64,000 bases of DNA, taken from NCBI GenBank assembly GCA_964016885.1, contig OZ024742.1:192634001-192698000 (forward strand), in the 5' to 3' direction. The notes below the pieces were generated by a model. The model made no database searches and had not been told where the DNA came from. It worked only from the letters and a program-made list of their open reading frames with translations. The translations under genes were made by a program, and so were the position numbers. Within the stretch, counting starts at the first letter, position 1; each line of letters starts with the position of its first letter. Shown one piece after another: positions 26,597-39,394 of this stretch. The stretch is from Eledone cirrhosa. Taxonomy: Eukaryota.

Positions 26597-26789
26597 ACGA
26601 AGGAAATGTGGTAAGGAACCAGGTGGACCATAACGCACCAAAGTACTCAATACTTAGGGTAGTAGAGTGGGTAATAGGAACGAGTAGGACCCCGACGGCT
26701 GAGCTCAAGCCGTTTCGACAGCTAATTCTGGACTAAAAAAAAATTTTTTTTTTTTTAGTCCAAAATTAGCCGTCGGGGTCCTACTCGTT

Positions 26790-26812
<23 letters not shown>
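26597..26812 (-). mobile_element. Family A fold-back element copy
   Basis: Reverse complement of the 4420-4545 tail plus a partly deleted inverted arm around an A/T run. Confidence 0.85.
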
Positions 26813-26875
<63 letters not shown>

Positions 26876-27043
26876 ATAGACGGATGAAATTCCTTGAAAA
26901 CGATAAACATATCTGAGGACCTTGCGAATGCAGAGTGAGGTTTTTCGATCTATAATAGTTCCTGCCTTTAGCTGATCGTCGGTGAAACATATATAATATG
27001 TTAATAGATTGTGTTTTGATGCATCACTGATTCCTCGTTATCT

Positions 27044-27226
27044 ACAATCTTGAGGTTGTGAGTTCAATTCCTGGACCGGGCGATGCGTTATGTCCTTGAG
27101 CAAGACTCTTTAGTTCACGTTGCTCCTTCTACCTAGAGTTGCGACCGATAGATAGTACTAGCATTTGGAAAGACCAATGGAAACATCGTTTCCTCGGTCC
27201 GATTTGACGAAAGTCGATCGATCCTT
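27044..27226 (+). mobile_element. 5'-truncated tRNA-derived CORE-like SINE with a GAAA-hairpin tail
   Basis: Same family as 34626-34845 and 51755-51975. Confidence 0.8.
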
Positions 27227-27238
27227 AAAATATATATA

Positions 27239-27273
<35 letters not shown>

Positions 27274-27547
27274 TAATATATATATATAAATAAATAATAA
27301 TATAAGAAAATTAAATACAAATTCTAAAATAAAATGACAAAATCAACATACCTCCTCCTCCCTCTCACCACTCTCTTCTGTCCTCCATCATCTCTTCCTC
27401 CTCTCCTATCTCTTCTTTGTCGCTTTTCCTTTGATAGTCTCCTCACGCTTTCTCTATTTCTACGATAGCTTCTCTCCCTACTCCCCCGTAACCTTCATAA
27501 TCACTTTCTACTATCCACTCTTGTTCTTTCAGTCTCTCTCTCTCTCT

Positions 27548-27634
<87 letters not shown>

Positions 27635-27661
27635 TATATATACATATATATATATACACAT

Positions 27662-27718
<57 letters not shown>

Positions 27719-27727
27719 TATATTTTT

Positions 27728-27779
<52 letters not shown>

Positions 27780-28592
27780 TTCTTTCCTCCTCTATCCTGA
27801 TTTCTCATAATCTCTCTCTCCCTCTCTTGTACTTTCATAGTTTTTCTCCCTCTCTTTTTATAGTCTCTCCTACTCGGAGTTGCGTCGATTTCTTTGATGA
27901 GTATTCCAGTTGTTTGAGTAAAAGAACGACCTTCTAAGAAAATCAACGTACATATGGCTGAGCTTTCCACACACCTAAACCATTAATGTAAATTCGGCGG
28001 AAGATACAGCGTAACACAGTGTGTGATATGACTGACCGTTTGAATTACACACATGGGTCGACTAGAGACTATGGTAAATGAAACTGGCCCAATATGATAT
28101 GCAGTAGGATGATCAAAATAGGACCTAATGATTGCAAAGCAAACACCTTAGGCTTTCCGCCGTGCTGTGTCCACTGATTAAATTAGAAATCATTATCCCG
28201 AAAGATACAACGTGCATTAGTTTCTCAATAAACTATATCTGAGGCATTTTTTTTTTACCAGCTTCAGAAATAGTTTTGGTTATATATCATCTACGTTTCA
28301 TTATTTCAGTTTTAAGATTTGAAAGAACATTTTATGAAGAAAATCCTATCGTCTATATCATTTCATTTGATGAGATAATCTATACATTAGCTACATATTG
28401 GCGAGTTTCTAGATGAATTATGAGGTGGGCCCTCATATTATCATGATAGGACAAAAAAAATCATTCACCTGCTTGATAAAACCTCTAGTCGTGGATTTAT
28501 ATATTTCTATTATAAACTTTGGTTGACCAATGCCCTGTGAGTGAAATTTAGCTGAGGGAAACTGCAGAAGCTCGCCGTATATATATATATAT

Positions 28593-28795
28593 TTTTTTTT
28601 ATTTTATAGAAGGAGCTTCTATAGGACTAGTACTGTTTCATTCAGATGAAATCTTCAGGAAGCCCTGAAGATTTCATCTGAATGAAACAGTACTAGTCCT
28701 GTAGAAGCTCCTTCTATAAAATAAAAAAATTTTTACTCTGCCATGTATTGAGTACCTTACTTACTGTGGTTATCCCCGACTCAACCCGGGACCTA
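28593..28795. mobile_element. Fold-back element: ~66-bp inverted repeat with an HHR motif in each arm, plus tail
   Basis: Arms 28593-28659 / 28664-28729 with one mismatch; CTGAAGA-TTTCATCTGAAT-GAAA-CAGTACTAG-TC. Confidence 0.85.
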
Positions 28796-28796
28796 C

Positions 28797-28842
<46 letters not shown>

Positions 28843-28894
28843 ATGAGAATATTCATCACTAGAACAGACGTTATAACAGTGATGTGCAATAATT

Positions 28895-29075
28895 GTTTCT
28901 ACTTTAGGCACAAGGCCAGTAATTACCCAGTGCATTACTGGTACTTTATTTTATCGACCCCGTAAGGATGAAAGGCAAAGTCAACCTCGGCGGGATTTGA
29001 ACTCAGATCGTAAAGGGACGTAACTATGCTGGAAAGCATGACGTCCGATCCTCTACCGATACTGCCAATCCACCG
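28895..29075 (-). mobile_element. Full-length Meta-domain SINE
   Basis: Near-identical to 56252-56437. Confidence 0.88.
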
Positions 29076-29524
29076 TGCAATAATACCTCAGAGGACAGAG
29101 ACCAGTGGCCTGTGGCCAACAGAGAAACAATCCACAAAGCGAGTGACAAGGAGAAAAGTATGTTGACACATACAAGTGACTGGGAGATGGAAATAAAGAA
29201 AGTCGATGTACAAGACAAGTTTACACACACCCTCATCAACTCTAAAACCAGCCAAATGGTTTCGCACGATATATACATGTATATATATATATACAATATA
29301 TTAATAAATGGAAACTATATTTATAAAACGATATATATTTTATTATATATATTTCAAGGGCAGCCAAGGCAAATTATTGTGCGCTTTCATCAGATAAAAT
29401 ACAGATTTGTTTTATAAATAAATATTGACATATCCGGAAAAAAGACAACCTTAACGGATGAAGCTTTATATCAGTTATAAACATTTTTAAGCTTGTTGAA
29501 TCCCAACAAATTAAATATAACCTC

Positions 29525-29610
<86 letters not shown>

Positions 29611-29615
<5 letters not shown>

Positions 29616-29900
29616 TAAAATAACAGATTAAAGTTTAAGCAAAGAATCGCTGCTTTCACCCTTAACGGGATCTTCTGAAACTAACAAAGTCAATCTGTAA
29701 ACGCAGAACTGGATATTTCAAAAAACGTTGCAACCGGAGGAATGTTAGTTTCAGAAGATCCCGTTAAGGGTGAAAGCAGCGATTCTTTGCTTAAACTTTA
29801 ATCTGTTATTTTAATAAATATTTGCTCTACGGTTCTTATATATTTGATATATATTTTCCTTATCGAGCCCTCTTTGGATTTTAGTCTTCAATTTTATTAT
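29611..29900. mobile_element. Fold-back element family D (~75-bp arms, HHR-like CAGAAGA core)
   Basis: tttattaaaataacagatt...ctgaaactaaca / tgttagtttcagaagatcccgttaagggtgaaagcagcg...; further copies at 51448-51510 and 52452-52800. Confidence 0.8.
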
Positions 29901-29906
29901 TATTAC

Positions 29907-29970
<64 letters not shown>

Positions 29971-29986
29971 ATATATATATATATAT

Positions 29987-30116
29987 AACGAAGGAAATGT
30001 GGTAAGGAACCAGGTGGACCATAACGCACCAAAGTACTCAATACTTAGGGTAGTAGAGTGGGTAATAGGAACAAGTAAGACCCCGACGGCTGAGCTCAAG
30101 CCGTTTCGACGGCTAA
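29987..30116 (-). mobile_element. Family A element copy (single arm)
   Basis: aacgaaggaaatgtgg...gacggctaat, between (TA)n tracts. Confidence 0.85.
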
Positions 30117-30485
30117 TATATATATATATTAATAGCATTGTTGTAATTGTTGTTATTGTTCTAACTGAATGCCATTACTACTTCATATAGTAGCCTGTAT
30201 ATTCTTTTCTTGCCTGTGTATTCTCTTCATTCTCGCATGCTCCGAAGAACTGACTGGTTATAATTTTGTTTTGGCGATCGAGTAACGTGAAAACAAGCGA
30301 ATAGCGATCTCTAAACCTACCAGTTCAGAGAAACAATTGTGTCAGCAATGAGATTAAAAACCTTTTTTTGTATAGCAAACCATGTCAACCTTCTTTCCTG
30401 ATTCATATAACACAACACACACACAGAAACAAAATGGCGTAGGACAGAACAAAGGAGAGGCACAGAAACAAAGTAAGGAATCTCC

Positions 30486-30530
30486 AGTCACTGAAGAGGT
30501 CACAGAGTGTGTGACGAAAGAAATATGACT
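30486..30530 (+). ncRNA. Minimal type I HHR, family C
   Basis: AGTCA-CTGAAGA-G-GTCAC-AGAGTGT-GTGAC-GAAA-GAAA-TA-TGACT; downstream tail to 30711 shared with 47150-47375, 20805-20835 and 34020-34065. Confidence 0.75.
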
Positions 30531-30606
30531 ATATATAAACAACTATCTGGTTGTGGAACCAACCAACCAACCAGAAATTTATAAATTTATAAATTTATAA
30601 ATTTAT

Positions 30607-30637
<31 letters not shown>

Positions 30638-30706
30638 TATAATAAATTGAAGTGAAAGCAACTGGTGCGTGTGTTTCTTATTGGCAACATGACCCTCCCA
30701 AAGTAT

Positions 30707-30810
<104 letters not shown>

Positions 30811-31268
30811 GTGTGTGTGTGTGTGTGTGTGCGTGTGTGTGTGGTATCCAGATAACCCACACTCTAATTAATGAAACCTGCAGTTTGATTTAGTATTCTT
30901 TTCAAATGCATTACATTCTCACATAACCGAAGACGAACTAAACTTTGCCGATGCTCAGTGTGCTGAAAACTTCAGAAATCTTACTATACACGACACCTAC
31001 TCTTTATATTCGCTTAATGAATCGTTGTACTGTGCTAAACGACTGACATACTGTGATTTTCCAAGAAAGAAGAAATTGTGTTGTATCCACCAAAGACAAA
31101 ATTTTCTTAGGTGAGATTAAACGAAGGACGTAAATACCGAGAACAAATACTGCAATACCTTTTGTCCAATGCTATAACGCTTCTACAAATTCACCAAACA
31201 TGCATACAGACACACATACATACACACATACTCACATGCATACAAATGCATGCTTGCTTTACACACAT

Positions 31269-31301
<33 letters not shown>

Positions 31302-31418
31302 CAGACATATACGTTTACAGGGATACACGTTTACAGAGATACATACTCGCACACATACATGCATATATAAATGCACATACATATATGTGCACACACACAC
31401 ACACATATATATATATAT

Positions 31419-31506
<88 letters not shown>

Positions 31507-31595
31507 CGAAGGAAATGTGGTAAGGAACCAGGTGGACCATAACGGCTTGAGCTCAGCCGTCGGGGTCTTACTCGTTCATATATATATGTATATAC

Positions 31596-31626
<31 letters not shown>

Positions 31627-32517
31627 CAAAGCAAGGTTACCAACTTTGCGTTAGAGCATTGATGTACAATATAAAAACGTGATAAATAGAGGATTTGTTT
31701 GCCGTCAACGTAATAGATTAGAAGGTTTCAAAATAAGAAAAGAAACCGAACTAAGAACTAACAATAAGAATGAAGAATAAAAAGCCAAAATAAGAATGAA
31801 GCGTAAGAAAATATCAGTATATAAAAACATACTTTCTTAAAAAACTGGAGTCAATGGAATGACTCTAGCCATGAATTTCAACATCCTTATCTAAAACAAC
31901 TCTAATGTTGCTATTTTCTAAAATTCTCTCGAAATAAATAAATTTGTCATGGATAAAAGCCTCACTTCTTTTGAGTTGTTCGTTTTTTCTTTCGGGTGGT
32001 ATGGATTTCTTTTATGGCTTCTGTTTTACTTTGTATTTCCTTGTATTGTCAGTGTTGGATGAAAAAGTTTGTCTTAAACAATCGTAGTCCATTCCCCCCT
32101 ACGTTAAACGAAACGATAACAAAGAAAGTGGGTTTGTGTGATTGTGGGTTATTTTTTGTATGTTTGTAGAGTCCAATGTGTTTGTAAGTGTCTGATGGTT
32201 ACGTGTGCTTGCGTGTGTATATGTGCGTTTGTATGTGGGTGTGTATGTGTGTGTGTGTGTGTGTATTTCTGTGTGTGGGTATGTGCGTTTCTGCGTGTAT
32301 AGACGTATTAGAATTTTGCTCGCTTGTGTCTGTTAGGACAAATGTTGGCTTTCTCACTTAATTGTAAAATGGTGCACACACACACACACACCCACCCATA
32401 CACACGCACAACATATACACACACAGACGCACACCACACACATATATATATATATATAAGTTTATCCCGGATTCAATATATATATATATATATATATATA
32501 TTGAACCCGGGATAATC

Positions 32518-32817
32518 TTACAAGAAGCCTGGCATTATATATGTAAGCGGACGGTACCTGATTTAGGAGCCGCAGATACCCATATACTGGATTTTACCAA
32601 CCTTCCAGGGGTCCGGGTAAATTTTCAATACCCGAATTACTTGACCGTTTTTTTTTTGGCTATGCGAATGATTGTTTAACCATCGTCTCAGTGTGTTTGG
32701 CCTTTAACGTTTGTTATAGCTCTGGTTCATCTGAATCATTGAGCACTTGCCACACATCTCGGAGGTTATTTTTCGTTATTTCGTGGGCCGAAATGCGAAT
32801 CTCGATAATTTATGTTT

Positions 32818-32820
<3 letters not shown>
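32518..32820. mobile_element. Partial copy of the 581-bp repeat family
   Basis: Matches 37275-37578. Confidence 0.85.
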
Positions 32821-32883
<63 letters not shown>

Positions 32884-33061
32884 ATTTATATATATATGTG
32901 CGTATATGTGTGTGTGTATATATATACAATATATATGTTATATAACACACAGACACATACATATTATATAAATTATATATGTATATATGTATATAAGTAG
33001 AGAGAATAGAGAAAGAGAGAGGGAAAGAGAGATAGAGGGCGAGTGAGAAAGATATATATAT

Positions 33062-33136
<75 letters not shown>

Positions 33137-33942
33137 TGTCAAACAATCCATGGAGTATCATAAAGCAAGAGTTTATCTCTGGAATTACACTTCAGAAGAC
33201 GAATGTCACCATGGATTTTAACACCTTCCAATGGGCCTGTTATTTATTCCTCGTATCTATATAAAACCCGAGTTGGAAGTCACTCCTACTGAACACGTCT
33301 ACAGGAAGTGGGTAGTGAATTGCCCCTTAGCCGCGAATTTTATAATAGGTACTTCGATACAAAACTGGCTCTTACTGACTGTTACTAAGCCCGTTCACGT
33401 GTACTCGGTCGTGGAATAAACCTTAGATATAGGGTCGTGCTGTGAAATACGTGGATTTCCCTAAAGAATAAACAATGGGCTATAACTAGAAATGCAGTTA
33501 GGGAATGGCAGTTTTCCTTTAAAATTACTGCAATGCTCTATGAAGCGATTCCGATGAGACGAGTACAGACCCCTTACTTCGTCTCTCTGAGGTAGAAGAA
33601 CCTTTTCAAGATTGATGGGCAGCTGCATAAATTGTAGTTTCACAAATAACTTGTGCATGGACAAGTAACTGGACCCCCATACACATATATAACTGATGGA
33701 CAGTAAGATTAACTGTGATGAAGGAAATGATGGCTTATTTAACTGCATATTAAGGCAAAATTAACGCTTCTGTGAATTAGATTATAATTGTCACAATATG
33801 AAACTAAGTTCAATGTATAATTTATGGATGCATCATGGCCGAGTGGTTAAGAATTTCACTTCGTAATCATTAGGTCTCGGATTCTTTCTTATTTCGATCA
33901 TGAGCCGAACACCAAAACTAATAAGCCACATGACAATTTATA

Positions 33943-33981
<39 letters not shown>

Positions 33982-34491
33982 TTGCGAGGATTTTTATATG
34001 TAATCGTGTGTCAAAACAAATATTGTTATACTTGGGGAGGGTCATATTTGTGTAATATTGCCAGAATTAATAACAGATCACACTCACTGTTTGGTTGGTT
34101 TTCGCTTTTCGCTTCTGTGTCTTTTTTATCTGTAATCTAATTTATTCGGTCCTCAATGTTGCCATTGACTGACCAACGGTAAAAAAATAATACATATACA
34201 ATATAGACACAAACACATATATATAGTTTATCAAAGTTCTTTCGTTGCACATCTGCAACATCGTCAGTGGTGCTATTGTTTCCTCCCGTTACATTGTATG
34301 TCTGCGCCATCTTTTCCGTACACAAACATAAGTGTGCACCTTATACTCCCCATATGTACTATATTACAGTATACACATACCTTTTCCTTTCTCCTCTCTT
34401 TTTCTTATATATCTCTATGTGACGTTATATGAATATTTTTATATATTGTATATTTATTTTATTGTTTTTATATGTGTGTATATGCGTAGGC

Positions 34492-34563
<72 letters not shown>

Positions 34564-34625
34564 ATGTGTGTGTGTGTGTAAAGATATATATATATACGTA
34601 TGTATATATATATATATATGTGTGT

Positions 34626-34845
34626 GTGAAGACGTGTGGCTGAGTGGTTAGGGAATTGGATTCGGAATCGTAAGGTTGTGAGTTCGATTCCTGGACCAGG
34701 TGATGCGTTATCTCCTTGAGCAAGACACTTTATTTCACGTTGCTCCTTCTACCTGGAGTTGCGACCGATAGATAGTATTAGCAATTGGAAAGACCAACGG
34801 AAACATTGTTCCCTCGGTCCGATTTGACGAAAGTCGATCGTTCCT
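34626..34845 (+). mobile_element. tRNA-derived CORE-like SINE
   Basis: A-box tggctgagtgg, B-box gttcgattc, tccttgagcaagacactt core. Confidence 0.85.
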
Positions 34846-34846
34846 A

Positions 34847-34883
<37 letters not shown>

Positions 34884-34972
34884 GTAGGGGGTGAGTTTTA
34901 TTGTAGCACAATAAAGCAATGCAAATATCGGATAAGTAGAACTCTACAGTTTGTAGGACTGGAGTATAAATA

Positions 34973-35299
34973 ATATAAGATCAAAAGATGGTTAAAATAG
35001 TTCCAAGTATTTTATTATGCGCAATTCAAAAACAAATATCATCATGGGATGATATCTGCGTTCTCATCAGATAAAATAGGGAGACATGATATGAAGCTTA
35101 AAAAACACTTGTCAATAGTGAAGTTTTAAATTAACATATCAACGTTAATTTAAAACTTCACTATTCGCAAGTGTTTTTTAAGCTTCATATCATGTTTCCC
35201 TATATTATCTGATGTGAACGCAGATATCATCCCATGATGATATTTGTTTTTGAAATGCGCATAATAAAATACTTGAAACTCTTTTAACCACCTTTTGAT

Positions 35300-35306
<7 letters not shown>
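34973..35306. mobile_element. Diverged ~160-bp inverted repeat with a type I HHR in each arm
   Basis: Arm consensus TATTTTAT-CTGATGA-GAACGCAGATATCATC-CCAT-GATGATATTTGTTTTT-GAAA-TGCGCA-TA-ATAAAATA. Confidence 0.85.
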
Positions 35307-35368
<62 letters not shown>

Positions 35369-35831
35369 GTTACCTGAATGTGTATGGATGTAATGTATAT
35401 AATAATTTTATTTTATATTTATTTATTTTTTCTATTTATTTATTTATTTATTTATTTATTTATATGTGCGTATGTACGCATGCATGTATGTGTAGGGATG
35501 TATGTATTTGGTTACATTGTTTATACTCGTGCATGTATAACAGGATGCACCCTTTCATGGATGACCCTGTATGACCTTTTGTGCAGATTTATATGACTGT
35601 GAGTATATCACATTTGAGTACGGACAGATATATGTGTGTGCGTGTATGTATCTTTGTAAATGTACGTGGGCACGGAGGTATTTAGGCGCGTATTTGATTG
35701 AATGTATATGAGCCAGTGTGTGTGTGAGTGTGTGTGTGTGTGCGTGTGTGTGTGTCTGTGTGTGTGTACATGCACCTAAAACAGGCTAAGGGATTGTTTG
35801 TGAGTACGTTTATGTGTGTGTACATATACAC

Positions 35832-35902
<71 letters not shown>

Positions 35903-36719
35903 TGTGTTTGGAAGCGTGTCTGTCTTTGTGTGCCTCTTTATACGGATAGGCGTGTGTATGTGTGTATCTATGTATATGTCTGTAACTGTTTGTGTATATG
36001 AGTAGATGTACGCGTACGCATGTGTGTGTCCTTGTATGCGTGTGCGTGTGTGTGTGCGTGCGCGTGCGTGCGTGTGAGAGCTGATGTACGAGGGCATGTA
36101 GGCAGGCGCCTGTGGACGCGTATGTTGTTAGTTATATGGTCGTGGGCGTGTATATGTGTATGTGAGAGTGTGTGTGTATATGTATATGGGTGTGCATATG
36201 TACATGTGTGTGTATGTATATATATATATATGTATATACGTATGTGTGCGCGTGTGTGTATGTGTATGTATATATGTGTGTGTGTATGTGTGTGTATATG
36301 TGTGTGTTAGTGACTTGTGAAATACCAAACCCAGCATGAATTTATTGAAGTGTGTCGGACGGAGAGTAGCTGATAGACAGTATGGCAACAAATATTGCCC
36401 AGAATTTATGATGACGTAGAAAAACAACTGCCAACAGCAGGACAAGCGAGGAAGATGTGTTTTGAAGCTAAAACCCCAGTGAGAAAATTTGTTCAGAAAT
36501 TATTGCAAGTGTCCGACGAACCCGCAGTTCTAGAATCAGACAGATCCATAGAATGATCGTGTCTTGAGCTGTCTGCCGGCGAAACAATTTTAACACACAA
36601 TAAATTGAGTCCAGATGCATCACTGATTTTTCGTTTAATATTATATCACACTCTGCTCTGTAAGAACATAGAGTGCTCAACTGGCATACCCCCCATGGAA
36701 GCATAATAGCTACCATTAA

Positions 36720-36779
<60 letters not shown>

Positions 36780-36807
36780 TTAATGGTAGCTATGATGCTT
36801 CCATGGG

Positions 36808-37578
36808 CGAATTACTTGATCGTTTTTTTGGCTATGCGAATTATTGTTTAACCATCGTCTCAGTGTGTTTGGCGTTTAACGTTTGTTATAGCTCTGGTTC
36901 ATCTGAACCATTGAGCACTTGCCTCACATCTCGGAGGTTGTTTTTCGTTGTTTCGTGGACCGAAATGCGAATCTCGATAATTTATGTTTGTATTTATCTC
37001 CAGACTCAAGCTTTTGATCAGTTAATTTTCTTGATTTTTTAGTTGATTCTATTGACTGATGAATAGCTTATGTTAATTTTAACCCATCTGTTGAGAACTC
37101 TATTCGATTTGTGATGTTTTTGCATTCTTGCAAAAATATACACAACTGAATTTATTCGCCTGATATAGGGGCTGCCTCCCTTGCCGATCCCCACGTGGAG
37201 TCAGCAATAGTCAGTCCTTGTATTAACATTGAACTAAAACCTGTTGAGAAAGTGGCTTCCTTGTTCAATCATCTTACCAGAAGCCTGAGATTATTTATGT
37301 AAGCGGACGGTACTTGATTTAGGAGCCGCAGAAACCCAAATACTGGATTTTACCAACCTTCCAGGGGTCCGGGTAAATTTTCAATACCCGAATTACTTGA
37401 TCGTTTTTTTTTGACTATGCGAATTATTGTTTAACCATCGTCTCAGTGTGTTTGGCGTTTAACGTTTGTTATAGCTCTGGTTCATCTGAACCATTGAGCA
37501 CTTGCCACACATCTCGGAGGTTGTCTTTCGTTGTTTCGTGGGCCGAAATGCGAATCTCGATAATTTATGTTTGTTTTT
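36808..37578. repeat. 1.33 tandem copies of a 581-bp non-coding unit
   Basis: cgaattacttgatcg at 36808 and 37389; ~190 bp duplicated. Confidence 0.88.
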
Positions 37579-37679
37579 ATATATATATATATTAATATAT
37601 ATATATATATAGAATAAGGAAAAGCGAAGTAGTTTCAGATGTTCAAGTCTTTTAATAATAATGCTGTGATATATATTTC

Positions 37680-37736
37680 AATGGCGACAGTGGCCACACT
37701 GTTCCGTGCGCCAGTGTCGCGACATCGTCAGACAGC
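37680..37736 (-). ncRNA. Degenerate HHR
   Basis: CTGACGA-TGTCGCGACACTGGCGCAC-GGAA-CAGTG-TGGC-CACTG-TC; GAAA>GGAA and weak stem I. Confidence 0.5.
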
Positions 37737-38744
37737 TTGTTACATAATAAGGTTATGTTTCCGAGGCAATCTAGATTGAATCATCATGGGAACGGACGAA
37801 GTGTGTGCTCTTGGCTTCTTCATCCATTCCCCTGTGAGTACCAATTCATCCCCACCGGTCTGCGCAGGCGCAGGTCCGAAGGAAGTTGACCATTAGCTAC
37901 CGCAGATTTCAACGAAATTCGCTTAGTCAGTTCCCCCTCTCAGCCAAACAATGACCCATTCAGGCCTGTAATATAGCTTACTGCTATCTACCCCGTCTGT
38001 GCCAGTCAGTCGAAAGCCAGTGGGGATGGGAGAGTGTGAGTATCTACAGATCTCAATACTACCCCTCATTAAGCATGGACAGTATAATTGACCATCAACC
38101 TCTAAGAGAAAATATACTTAATTCTAGGTATCATGGTTTCACAGTGGAAGTTATGAATGAGAGTTGGAAATTAGAACTAAAAATTAAAATTTAAAATCGA
38201 AAATCAGAAATCAAATATTAAAAATTAGAAATTAACAATTAAAAATTAAACATTTTTCAAGTGAGAATCTGGATTGAAGTGAGTAAAAAAAAAAATAGAT
38301 TGAAGTGAGTAAATAATATGCAGAGAGATGTTTAATTAAGAAGTTTTGAAAGGGGTATTAATGCTACAGTTATATTATCTACATACTGAACGATAGTACC
38401 GTACAGTAGAACGGAGGGTAAATTACAGTATGAAAGGTAGTAGTTAGTCGGGTACATAGTTAGAATTTCCATCACATGGAACAAAACCCCCCAAAAACAG
38501 ATATGAAATACACAAAAGAAAAAAAACTAATAAATGAATAAATGCAAAAACACATAGAGTACATATATGCAAAATGAGATAGATGATCAATACGATTGTC
38601 AATTTTTCGCTTTTTCGCTTTTTCGCTTTTTCGCTTTTTCGCTTTTCCTTATTCGATATTTACTCCGTCACCCCTACGTTGATTGCTTGAATTGAATTGC
38701 ATCAATGTTTACTCTAAGTATATATTTATATATATATATATATA

Positions 38745-39375
38745 CACAAATAAAAGGCAGAGTTAATAACTCATACATTACCGGGTATCAATACTCTGTA
38801 ATGTAATAGTTATTGAGGCGGTCTGTATAAATTTTATTTTATTTTATGTATATTCCGTTTGCTTCTGGTTAATTTTCTCAAACAAATGTTGTTTTTCAAC
38901 CCTCGTAATATTAGACACACGATTTACAGTGTTTATTACTACATATATTATTAAAATGCTCAGTATTAACTCTGCCTTTTATTTGTATTTCGGCTCTCTA
39001 AATAGGTGAGCTTATAAGTTGGACGTATTAAGGCTATTGTTTCTAGCCGGTCCTCTCACACCACTTTTGACTTCTAGCACACGAGGTGAAATATTAATTC
39101 GTGTGGCTTTTGGCTTAGGTGTTTGTTTCATTTAATCAAATTCTCTCGCTGATGATGCCCACGGATTATCTGTTACAAACACAATTCTCAGGGCGAGACA
39201 GATTAAATCCCTAATTTGTCCGGGAGATGTAATAGTTATTGAGGCGGTCTGTATATATTTTATTTTATTTTATGTATATTCCGTTTGCTTCTGGTTAAAT
39301 TTCTCAAGCAAATGTGGCATTTCAACCCTCGTAATTTTAGACACACGATTTACTGTGTTTATTACTACAAATATT
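38745..39375 (+). mobile_element. ~427-bp unit in ~1.35 tandem copies with an HHR and a short inverted 5' piece (PLE pLTR/retrozyme-like)
   Basis: Direct repeat 38801-38950 / 39227-39375; inverted 38747-38768 vs 38965-38988; HHR at 39142-39227. Confidence 0.8.
39142..39227 (+). ncRNA. Type I HHR with a GAAA>GAGA change
   Basis: TCTCTCG-CTGATGA-T-GCCC...GGGC-GAGA-CAGATT..AATTTG-TC-CGGGAGA. Confidence 0.75.
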
Positions 39376-39394
39376 ATATATATATATATTGTAT

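Noticed and set aside
33548-33590. CCGATGA followed by a hairpin, resembling an HHR 5' half
   Set aside because: No GAAA, stem III or stem I.
36310-36720. Possible PLE 3' end (LPRIYD peptide, ggcGAAAcaatttta)
   Set aside because: Too degenerate to support a feature call.
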